A DNA stretch of 62,251 bases, the filler included. It is 6 parts of 6 records of this genome, joined end to end, with 100 filler letters (N's around TTAATTAATTAA, not from the genome) between each part and the next. Parts side by side here need not be neighbours in the genome. Positions count along the whole stretch, not along the records: positions 13,503 to 20,193 come from SRR31156797_21020; positions 20,294 to 28,138 come from SRR31156797_21027; 4 more parts are not named here. The stretch is one strand, 5' to 3'. Under the pieces are notes generated by a model. It had not been told where the DNA came from. It searched no databases and saw only the letters and a list, made by a program, of their open reading frames with translations. Within the stretch, counting starts at the first letter, position 1. Every line of letters begins with the position of its first letter. Below, in pieces: positions 17,994 through 25,903 of the stretch. Both the position numbers and the translations under genes were made by a program.

Positions 17994-18466
17994 TAATACT
18001 CTTTCTTCATTTGTTCTTTTATCTTCAATGTTGCCCTTGTTATATTTTTTTCTACAGCATTTACACTTATTCCCATGATTTCAGAAATCTCTTTTCGTGT
18101 AAGCCCTTTATAAACGTGTAAAACAAAAGCCTGTTTATTTCTCTTTGAAAGAGTACTAATACATTTTTTTAATTTTTGTTCTCTTTTTTCATCACTTAAG
18201 ATTTCTTCTGGACACTCTTTTTTAGGGATTGAATATTGTTCTTCTTCGAAACTTGTATAGGATATTTTTTTATTTTTTCTAGCCTTATCTATCACAAGAC
18301 TATAAGCTATTTTATATAGATATGCTTTTTGAATAGTAGTCTTTTCAGCTTTTTTATCTATCTCTAAAGCTTTAGCATAGGTTTCTTGAGTAAGATCCCT
18401 TGCTAAATCTTTATCTTTTGTAAGTCTTAGTAAATAGTAAGAGATCTCTTTATAATACTCTAACAT
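17993..18466 (-). CDS. fecI: ECF sigma factor, FecI-like
   Basis: ARDLTQETY, AYLYKIA, region 4 EISEIMGISVNAVEKNI; coupled to fecR. Confidence 0.88.
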   Translation of the reverse strand: MLEYYKEISYYLLRLTKDKDLARDLTQETYAKALEIDKKAEKTTIQKAYLYKIAYSLVIDKARKNKKISYTSFEEEQYSIPKKECPEEILSDEKREQKLKKCISTLSKRNKQAFVLHVYKGLTRKEISEIMGISVNAVEKNITRATLKIKEQMKKEY

Positions 18467-18487
18467 TCAAACTCTTTATACTAAAAC

Positions 18488-19252
18488 TTACTCTTTTATA
18501 TCAAAAGTTAATGTTGCAACATTTATCTCTTTATCGCATTTTGTATTATCTTTTAACTCTTTTTCTAATTCTACTTTTACTAACCACTTACCTGCTTTAA
18601 GTGGCAATATTTCCGTAACTCCTCTTAAGTCAGTTCTTCCATAATAAGCATATTTGCCTTTTAAATATCCTTCTAAAGTTGCTTTAACTACTGATACTTT
18701 TAAAGGTCTGTTTTTAAATAAAACTTTTACCTTAAAAGGTTCTCCTACTTTGTAATCTTTTGGATTAGATAAAGGTATTATTTCTAGCTTATGTCCAATA
18801 GGTTTTGTAATAATATCACTATGTTGATTCCCTATAGAAAATATATTTTTAGCTTCTAGATGTGCCTTTTCACAATATGTTGCTTTTGTTGAAATTTCAT
18901 CTTTTGCTTTACCTTTAAACCACTTAAAGTTTTCATCTTTTGTCCAGTAAGTTGGTTTATAAACCCCTGATAAAATATATGAGCCATTTTCAAGTTTTTG
19001 ATTTAATTCATAATTATAGTTAGGACTAGAACTTCTTTTTAATTCAAGGGTCTTTTTTTCACCTGTTATTTTTAAAGCTTCAAAAATATCTACTCTATCT
19101 TCTGCTATTTTTTCTAGCTTTGGAAAGTCGTGACCATATCCAATGTTAAAAGAAGGTGTTGTATTGTTTTGTGAGTCTACCCAAAACTCATGGGCACTCA
19201 AACTTGTAACTGCAAGAAAAATAAACCCTATTAGAACTTTTTTAATATTCAT
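18488..19252 (-). CDS. DUF4198-family periplasmic metal-binding protein
   Basis: Signal peptide then AHEFWV (N-terminal His), GYGHDFP, LEIIPL, TDLRG...GKWLV. Start at ATG 19252 after AAGGA. Confidence 0.8.
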   Translation of the reverse strand: MNIKKVLIGFIFLAVTSLSAHEFWVDSQNNTTPSFNIGYGHDFPKLEKIAEDRVDIFEALKITGEKKTLELKRSSSPNYNYELNQKLENGSYILSGVYKPTYWTKDENFKWFKGKAKDEISTKATYCEKAHLEAKNIFSIGNQHSDIITKPIGHKLEIIPLSNPKDYKVGEPFKVKVLFKNRPLKVSVVKATLEGYLKGKYAYYGRTDLRGVTEILPLKAGKWLVKVELEKELKDNTKCDKEINVATLTFDIKE

Positions 19253-19266
19253 AACTATTTCCTTAT

Positions 19267-19281
19267 TGATAATAATTTTCA
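19267..19281. promoter_or_regulatory. Fur box
   Basis: tgataat-a-attttca; 1 mismatch to the 7-1-7 consensus, 14 nt upstream of the DUF4198 start. Confidence 0.75.
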
Positions 19282-19340
19282 TAATTGTAGTTATTAAATA
19301 TTAAATTTTTTATTAAAGCTAAAGGGTTTATTGTAAATTT

Positions 19341-19940
19341 TTAATTATCAGAAAGTAAAACTCTTATAACACTAGCTTCACCTTGATGACCTTTTCCCTC
19401 ATCTAAAATAGTGATTTGCTCTTTTATATCTGCATCTGAAAAAGCATAATGATTTTTAAAATCTTCTACTTTGTATAAAAGTTTTTCATCCTTTGGTCCA
19501 CCACTTGAAAAGTTTAACTGATTTACAGAGAAAAACTCTCCTACAAATACACCTTCAGAAGCTAATGACTCATCAATATTTTCAAACAGTTTTGCTCTAT
19601 CTTCTTCGTACATATGCAAATAAGAAGCAACTATTGCATCATATTTTTCATCTGCTTCCCAGTCATTTAAGTCTAGACAAATAGTCTTAATATTTAAGCC
19701 TTCTTCTTTTGCTCTTTGCTCTAATTTTGAAAGACCAATATCAGAAGCATCAATTGCAGTTACATCAAAACCTCTTTTGGCTAAGAAAATTGCATTTCTT
19801 CCTTCGCCTTCACCTAAACATAAAACCTTTCCAGCTCTTTTAAAAAGTTTTACTTTACTTGCTATAAAACTATTTGGCTTTAATCCATAAAGATATCCAT
19901 CTCTTGAAAATTTGCTATTCCAAAACTCTTGTTGAGACAT
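19341..19940 (-). CDS. class I SAM-dependent methyltransferase (TehB-like)
   Basis: FWNSKF...YG.KPN, VLCLGEGEGRNAIFLA, SGGP, EGKGHQG. Confidence 0.85.
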   Translation of the reverse strand: MSQQEFWNSKFSRDGYLYGLKPNSFIASKVKLFKRAGKVLCLGEGEGRNAIFLAKRGFDVTAIDASDIGLSKLEQRAKEEGLNIKTICLDLNDWEADEKYDAIVASYLHMYEEDRAKLFENIDESLASEGVFVGEFFSVNQLNFSSGGPKDEKLLYKVEDFKNHYAFSDADIKEQITILDEGKGHQGEASVIRVLLSDN

Positions 19941-20157
19941 ATAATATTACCTTTAATTTTTTATTTGGATAATATCAAATTAAAAAGAAAATATTCTTAA
20001 AAAAACTCCATGTTAAATTCACATTAGTTTAATATAATTATTAGTTGTAGAGGTAAAAACAATCATTCACTTTAATTTAAAGCAAGCTTGGATAAACTAT
20101 CAGACAAAAATCAAAAAGTAACTTGAAAACAATTACTTTATTTATAGGGATGGATAA

Positions 20158-20193
20158 ATGACAGAAGCAAAATACATCTGGATGGATGGGAAA
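20158..20193 (+). CDS. ilvE: probable branched-chain aminotransferase, first 12 codons only
   Basis: MTEAKYIWMDGK after an RBS-like GGA; typical IlvE N-terminus, but very short. Confidence 0.55.
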
Positions 20194-20293
20194 NNNNNNN
20201 NNNNNNNNNNNNNNNNNNNNNNNNNNNNNNNNNNNNNTTAATTAATTAANNNNNNNNNNNNNNNNNNNNNNNNNNNNNNNNNNNNNNNNNNNN
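20194..20293. other. artificial contig spacer
   Basis: N44-TTAATTAATTAA-N44. Confidence 0.99.
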
Positions 20294-20323
20294 AAGCTAA
20301 TAAGCTAGGCCTGACCCCAATAG

Positions 20324-20351
20324 AAAAGGGCGGGCATGAAGCCCGCCCCTT
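20324..20351 (-). terminator. intrinsic terminator downstream of the receiver gene
   Basis: gggcgggc-atgaa-gcccgccc hairpin with an A-run on the left, i.e. a U-tract on the minus strand. Confidence 0.7.
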
Positions 20352-20411
20352 GTGGTACCCATTTTACAGGAGTTAATGGAGTACTACTGGCTGCCGGTTG
20401 GGGGCCGGGGA

Positions 20412-20861
20412 TCAGTTGTCTTCAAACACCCTGGAGGGATGGCGGATGATCTTGCCGATCCGGGCCTGGTTGATCTTTTCTTCCATGGCTCTTTTTTTGT
20501 CCCGGGCCTCGAGCACCTTGGCGATGAGGATATCTATCTCACAGGGTTTTATGAGATAGTCAAAGGCCCCTGACTTCAAGCCTTCAATTGCGGATTCGGT
20601 GGTGGCGTGGCCCGTGAGCATGATCACCTCCACCAGGGGGTGCTGGCTCTTGATCCTGCGCAGCACCTCGCCACCGGCCATGCCCGGCATCTTGACATCC
20701 AGGATCACCACGTCGATCAGTTGTTTTTCGAGGATGGCAAGGGCGTCCTCCCCGTTGGTGGCGGTATAGACGTCGCAGGCCTTCTTTTTCAGAAGGGTGG
20801 TGGTGGTCTGCAGGAACCGCTCTTCGTCATCTACGATCAATAATCTTGTATCAAGCATCAT
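20412..20861 (-). CDS. stand-alone response regulator (receiver + short helical tail)
   Basis: LLIVDDE, LDVKMPG, LTGHAT, FDYLIKP; no DNA-binding domain. Confidence 0.92.
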   Translation of the reverse strand: MMLDTRLLIVDDEERFLQTTTTLLKKKACDVYTATNGEDALAILEKQLIDVVILDVKMPGMAGGEVLRRIKSQHPLVEVIMLTGHATTESAIEGLKSGAFDYLIKPCEIDILIAKVLEARDKKRAMEEKINQARIGKIIRHPSRVFEDN

Positions 20862-20916
20862 GCCTCCTTTGGGTCTTGTATTTTATCTTCAAGGGCGTTC
20901 ATTCGTATTTCTTATC

Positions 20917-20932
20917 AGCAATTTTGGTGCCA
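20917..20932 (-). promoter_or_regulatory. sigma54 -24/-12 promoter
   Basis: Minus strand TGGCAC-CAAAA-TTGCT, a perfect consensus 55 nt upstream of the receiver gene. Confidence 0.8.
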
Positions 20933-21137
20933 CGGGCCCAGGGGGGGGCGAGGGCGCTTTTTTTGCTTCCATGGCCACGGGTGCCGGTCCCAATGCCGGG
21001 TTCTTTTACAGATTGTAAATCAGGCTGACACAAAAAATCGCGCCGGGTTTTGATCGGGGAAGGAAGGAAACGGTGCGGGGATGAATTGTATTGTGAAAAC
21101 AGGGGGATATTTGCGGCGTTACGCTTGCTTGCCCCTG

Positions 21138-21153
21138 TGGCATATCCCTTGCA
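21138..21153 (+). promoter_or_regulatory. sigma54 -24/-12 promoter
   Basis: TGGCAT-ATCCC-TTGCA, about 70 nt upstream of the transporter start. Confidence 0.8.
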
Positions 21154-21222
21154 AAAATGGGGGGAAACCGATCTTGAGACAAAACGTTTAGCTTTTAATA
21201 GGGAATCGTAAAAGGAGATAAA

Positions 21223-22890
21223 ATGAGAGCGGAAACACTAGTGGATACTGATGATACCCTGGCCTGGTGGAAGAACCGACCCGGCTACAAACCCTGTATT
21301 TTACTGCTGGGCCTTGCCATCATGCTCTTTATGGCATTTTCACCGGCGCCCGACAGCCTGATGAAGCTTGTCCAGGAAAAGGCGCCGCCCGGGTACAAGC
21401 TGTCAGCCAACTGCCAGACCATCATGGACACCGTGAACAAGCGGCTGCATCCCAAGGCGTTTTCCCGGTACCAGCAGGCCGTTGCCAATAATCAGCCGGT
21501 GCCCGGGACGGTGACCGAGGCCCTTGTCTCTGCGGAAGAGGCGGCCCGGCTTGCCAAGGTGATGGTGGGCATCCTCATTGTGGCGGCCCTGTTCTGGGGC
21601 ACGGAGGCGATCTCCATCGGCGGGACCGACATCATGGTGGCCGTTCTCATGTACCTGTTCTGCATCCTGCCACCCAACGATATTGCCAAGGCCTATTTAA
21701 AGGATGCGGTCTTTTTCATCTTCGGCATCCTTGCCGTTGCCGTGGGGGTGTCCAAGACCGGGCTTGACAAGCGCATTGGGCTCATCCTGCTCAGCCGGAT
21801 CAGGAGCACCAAGGCGTTCTGCTTCATCTTTTTTCCCACCCTGAGCGTGTCTGCGGGCTTTTTGTCCGAGCACGCCCTGGTGGCCCTCCTCATTCCCGTG
21901 CTCATGGGAATCTACAAGGCGACCTGCAAGGCCCACGGTGTTGACCGGGATAGGGCGCTGGCCATCCTGCTGCTCCTCGGCCTCACCTTTGCCGGCAACA
22001 TCGGGGGCCCGGGTTCGCCTGCGGCGGGCGGCCGGAACGCCGTGATGGTGGGCTATTTCGCGGATATGGGCGCGCCCATCTCCTTTGCCCAGTGGATGGA
22101 GCGGGGATTGCCCTTCGTGCCCGTCATGGCCCTGACCCTGGGCATCTACATGTACATTGCCCTGAAACCCAAGTTCCGGGTGCCGGACATGAACCCCAGC
22201 GAGATCGTCAAACGTGAAGTGGCCATGCTGCCCAGGTTCGGCGGCCAGGAAATGATCATGGCCTTCATCCTCATTGCCATGATCATCTCCTGGATCATCC
22301 TTGGCGAACATTATGGCCTGGGCGGCCCCACCCTGGTGGCCGTGTTTGCCATGATGCTTGCCCGGATCGTGGTGTGGGAGGATCTCCAGCAGGAGGTGGC
22401 CTTTGACGTGGTGGGCCTCTATGCTGCGGCCTGCGCCATGGGCGCCGGGTTGAAGTTCACCGGCGGCGCCCTGTGGCTGGCCAAGGGATTCGTGGCCATC
22501 ATGCCGGAGTTCATGACCCAGGGGGCGGGCCTGCCTTTGGGGGTCGCCATCATGACCGGGACCCTGACCAATTTCATGAGCGACGGCGCCACCGTCTCCG
22601 CCCTGGGGCCCGTGGTGCTGCCCATGGCTACCCTCACCGGTGTCCATGTGTGGAAGGTGGGGCTTGCCTGCGCTTTTTCCTCCTCCTTTGCCCATTGCCT
22701 GGTGGTGGGAACCCCCAACAATGCCATCTGTTTCGGCATGGGCAAGGATCCCGAGACCGGGGAGCGCATGCTCAGCGTGTTTGATTTCGTGAAGTACGGA
22801 GTGCCCTTCTGGATTCTCTGCATGGGCGTTCTTTATCTCTGGACACTGGTGGGATATTGGTCGTTTATTTCATGGCCCGGGTTGGGGTAA
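21223..22890 (+). CDS. SLC13/DASS family anion transporter
   Basis: Multi-TM; FWGTEA, GLDKRIG, GGPGSPAAGGRNA, TNFMSD, VGTPNNAI. Confidence 0.9.
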   Translation: MRAETLVDTDDTLAWWKNRPGYKPCILLLGLAIMLFMAFSPAPDSLMKLVQEKAPPGYKLSANCQTIMDTVNKRLHPKAFSRYQQAVANNQPVPGTVTEALVSAEEAARLAKVMVGILIVAALFWGTEAISIGGTDIMVAVLMYLFCILPPNDIAKAYLKDAVFFIFGILAVAVGVSKTGLDKRIGLILLSRIRSTKAFCFIFFPTLSVSAGFLSEHALVALLIPVLMGIYKATCKAHGVDRDRALAILLLLGLTFAGNIGGPGSPAAGGRNAVMVGYFADMGAPISFAQWMERGLPFVPVMALTLGIYMYIALKPKFRVPDMNPSEIVKREVAMLPRFGGQEMIMAFILIAMIISWIILGEHYGLGGPTLVAVFAMMLARIVVWEDLQQEVAFDVVGLYAAACAMGAGLKFTGGALWLAKGFVAIMPEFMTQGAGLPLGVAIMTGTLTNFMSDGATVSALGPVVLPMATLTGVHVWKVGLACAFSSSFAHCLVVGTPNNAICFGMGKDPETGERMLSVFDFVKYGVPFWILCMGVLYLWTLVGYWSFISWPGLG

Positions 22891-22910
22891 CCCGGACATG
22901 ATTCGGTGTT

Positions 22911-22947
22911 GAAGGGTCTGGGCAGACTACCCCTGCCCGGGCCCTTC
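22911..22947 (+). terminator. hairpin downstream of the transporter
   Basis: gaagggtctgggcag-actaccc-ctgcccgggcccttc. Confidence 0.6.
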
Positions 22948-23036
22948 GGCACCATGATTATCCTATGATGTTTTTACTGATTGGGATGAAAAAAAGCGAT
23001 AAACTTGTTATAAACCGTGAGCAACGGGTAAACGCG

Positions 23037-23116
23037 TATAGCGTCTCGCATATGAATAGATCCCATTTCTTACTACAATAGGTAATTGGGTATCCACTGG
23101 ATTGCGAATGTCTATA
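23037..23116. repeat. short imperfect palindromic element, copy 2
   Basis: tatagcgtctcgcatatgaatagatcccatt...aattgggtatccactggattgcgaatgtctata; related to 5726-5788. Confidence 0.6.
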
Positions 23117-23133
23117 GAAAGGGGTATTCAGTA

Positions 23134-24807
23134 ATGAGCAAACCCATGTACCGGGTGTTCCGGCGGAAGATGATCATCATTACGCTTCTGATCTCCTTTG
23201 TGCCGCTGACACTGCTTGGGTACACCATCTATTACGGTTTTGCCAAAGCCTACTGCCAGCGGGTAGAACAGCAGATGACCGCCCGGGTAACGGCCTGCTC
23301 CCAGAGCCTGGACCTGTTCCTGGAGGAGCGGAAGGTGATCCTGTCCGCCATTGCCAAGTCCGGCTCCCTTTCCTACTATAACGATTCCTCCCATCTGCGG
23401 GAGCTGTTTGAGACCATCAATACCCAGACCGGCGGCGGGCTGGTGGATCTGGGCGTCATCGACAGCCGGGGCGATCATCTGGCCTATGTGGGCCCCTACA
23501 GCCTGGAAGGTCTCAACTACCGGGAGCAGGCATGGTTCAACCTGGTGATGGCCAAGGGGATCTACGTGAGTGATGTCTACATGGGCTTCCGGCAGATGCC
23601 CCATTTTGTGATCGCGGTCAAGGCCGGGGACGCCGCCGGGGACTGGATACTGCGGGCCACCATCGATCCTGAAATCTTTGCCCGGATCGTGACCACGGCC
23701 CAGACCGGCAAGACCGGGGACGCCTATATCATCAACCGCGGGGGCATCTGCCAGAGCCCGTCCCGGTTCGATGAGAAATCGATCCTGACCCCCTCCGGCA
23801 TGGATCCCTTGCGGTTCGGTTCCAGCACCACGGTGGTGAAAAAGACCACCCGGTCGGGCCAGCGCCTGGTCCATGCCGGTAAATGGATCAACAACGGCAA
23901 ATGGCTCCTGGTGGTCACCCAGGACCTGGACGAACACCTGCCTTCCTTTGCGGATATCCAGGCCGAGGAGGTCACCATTTTCCTCGTCGCCCTCCTTGCC
24001 ATTGTGGTGACCACGGTGGTGACCACCGGCATGAGCGTGAACAAGCTCCAGGAACGGGACAGGGAGCTTGCGGAGCTCAACGCCCACCTCATTCAGACGG
24101 ACAAGATGGCGGCTCTGGGCAAAATGGCGGCGGGGGTGGCCCACGAGATTAACAATCCCCTGGGGATCATCGCCACCAAGGCGGGCTGGATGCGGGATCT
24201 GCTGGAGGAGGAGGAATTCAGGGACAGCGACAACTTTAAGGAGTATGACCAGGCCCTGCGGAAGATCGAGGAGCATGTGGAGCGGGCCGGCAAGGTGACC
24301 CACAACATGCTGGGGTTTGCAAGAAGCATGGAGCCGGTCATGGAGCGGGTGAACATCAACGGGGTGCTGAAAAAGACCCTGGAGTTCCTGGATCATCACG
24401 CTCAGATCAACAACATCCGGATCGACACCGGGTTTGACGAAACCATCCCCGAGATCATGAGCGACCGGTCCCAGCTCCAGCAGGTGTTCCTGAACATTAT
24501 CAACAACGCCGTGGACGCCATTGAAAAACAGGGAACCATCACGGTCCGGACGGCAAAAAACACGGAGAACCTGGTTATTGATATCAAAGACACGGGCAAG
24601 GGCATTCCCGATACGGTGAAAAACCGGATCTTCGATCCTTTCTTTACCACCAAGGCTGCGGAAAAGGGCACAGGACTGGGGCTCTCTATCACTTACAGAA
24701 TTATTGAGAAATTGGGCGGAACCATCCGGGTGCGGAGCCGGAAAGACAAAGGCACCTGCTTCACGGTTGTTCTGCCCCTGACACTTTCGAAAAAAACAAT
24801 TGCATAA
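23134..24807 (+). CDS. NtrB-type sensor histidine kinase with Cache-like periplasmic domain
   Basis: Two TM segments, YVSDVYMGFRQMPHF, AHEINNPL, QVFLNIINNA, FDPFFTTK, GTGLGL. Confidence 0.93.
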   Translation: MSKPMYRVFRRKMIIITLLISFVPLTLLGYTIYYGFAKAYCQRVEQQMTARVTACSQSLDLFLEERKVILSAIAKSGSLSYYNDSSHLRELFETINTQTGGGLVDLGVIDSRGDHLAYVGPYSLEGLNYREQAWFNLVMAKGIYVSDVYMGFRQMPHFVIAVKAGDAAGDWILRATIDPEIFARIVTTAQTGKTGDAYIINRGGICQSPSRFDEKSILTPSGMDPLRFGSSTTVVKKTTRSGQRLVHAGKWINNGKWLLVVTQDLDEHLPSFADIQAEEVTIFLVALLAIVVTTVVTTGMSVNKLQERDRELAELNAHLIQTDKMAALGKMAAGVAHEINNPLGIIATKAGWMRDLLEEEEFRDSDNFKEYDQALRKIEEHVERAGKVTHNMLGFARSMEPVMERVNINGVLKKTLEFLDHHAQINNIRIDTGFDETIPEIMSDRSQLQQVFLNIINNAVDAIEKQGTITVRTAKNTENLVIDIKDTGKGIPDTVKNRIFDPFFTTKAAEKGTGLGLSITYRIIEKLGGTIRVRSRKDKGTCFTVVLPLTLSKKTIA

Positions 24808-24819
24808 CAGGAGGTAGTC

Positions 24820-25266
24820 ATGGAAATTAAGGTATTGGTTGTTGATGATGAGATCGATTTCCTCGAAACCATCGTAAAGCGGCTTGAGAAAAAGGGGCTC
24901 CACACGGTGGGCGTCACCAGCGGCGAAGATGCATTGCTCAAGCTCCAGGAGAAGTACTTTGACGTGATTCTCCTGGACATCAAGATGCCCGGCGGCATGG
25001 ACGGCCTGGATGCCCTGAAGGAAATCAAGGCCAGGCAGCCCCTGGCCGAGGTGATTTTGCTCACCGGCCACGGCACCGTGGAATCCAGTGTCGAGGGCAT
25101 GCGCCTCGGCGCCTTTGACTATGTGCTCAAGCCCGCCAAGTTCGAGGAATTGTGCGAGAAGATCGCCCAGGCCTACATGAAAAAGGCGGACCAGGACAAC
25201 AAGATCCGCAAGGCAAACATCCAGCAGCTCCTGCGCTTCCCCGGAAGGGTGTTTGACCAGGATTAG
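24820..25266 (+). CDS. stand-alone response regulator (receiver + short helical tail)
   Basis: VLVVDDE, LDIKMPG, LTGHGT, FDYVLKP; paralogous to 20412-20861. Confidence 0.92.
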   Translation: MEIKVLVVDDEIDFLETIVKRLEKKGLHTVGVTSGEDALLKLQEKYFDVILLDIKMPGGMDGLDALKEIKARQPLAEVILLTGHGTVESSVEGMRLGAFDYVLKPAKFEELCEKIAQAYMKKADQDNKIRKANIQQLLRFPGRVFDQD

Positions 25267-25280
25267 CCCCCCCGTTTATC

Positions 25281-25308
25281 GTTGCGGCCGTTCACTAACG
25301 GCCGCAAC
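25281..25308 (+). terminator. intrinsic terminator hairpin
   Basis: gttgcggccgtt-cact-aacggccgcaac, a perfect 12-bp stem 14 nt after the stop. Confidence 0.75.
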
Positions 25309-25903
25309 ACCTTTCTCCGGATGATATACTCCTTTTTTTTCTTATTTCTCAGCGTGCGAACTGCGTTCTTTGGAAATAACACCTCAAAAAAATTAGGTTT
25401 TACAAAAAAAATACTTGTAGAATTGCTTTTTTTGCGATAAAGATCCTGCTCCATAGTAAATGCAGGTCCCCCGCTTCAAAGGGGGGCGGAAGTATTTGCT
25501 CAGGAGAGGGGTGCTTTGTGGGCCGGACAGTGGGTATTGTTGACTTGGGGGGTATATAATTTGCTGTTGTTTTGATACCGTATAAAGATGTTACGACCCC
25601 TGTCCCTTTGAAGTGTCGCTGAAATAAATCGTTCGATGGATCATGAATTCTTCCTTATTATCGGTCTCGACGTCATTTCATTCTATCTGAGGCCGGATTT
25701 CCGCGTATTTTTATAGATAGCTCACCATGGGATGGTCCGCTGACTTCATGGGACCATTGCGGGGTCGTTCCTTTTACTGACTGTTCCGGTCGTTTTGTGA
25801 TTGAGTGATCCGGAAAAAAATCCGGGGTTTTGCAAGTGAATATGAGGTGGTTATGGGGAAGCGCGCTTCAAGCGATTTAAAAGGTAAGGGTATGGAGGAT
25901 CGT

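Noticed and set aside
23128-25071. 647-aa minus-strand ORF, and similar long ORFs at 5867-6847, 10563-11363, 11716-12900, 21697-22695 and 48540-49310
   Set aside because: Antisense shadows of well-supported GC-rich genes, with no recognisable motifs.
25310-25900. c-di-GMP riboswitch upstream of the adhesin
   Set aside because: Small hairpins are present (e.g. atggtcc...ggaccat), but I could not find the two-stem GNRA tetraloop/receptor pattern.
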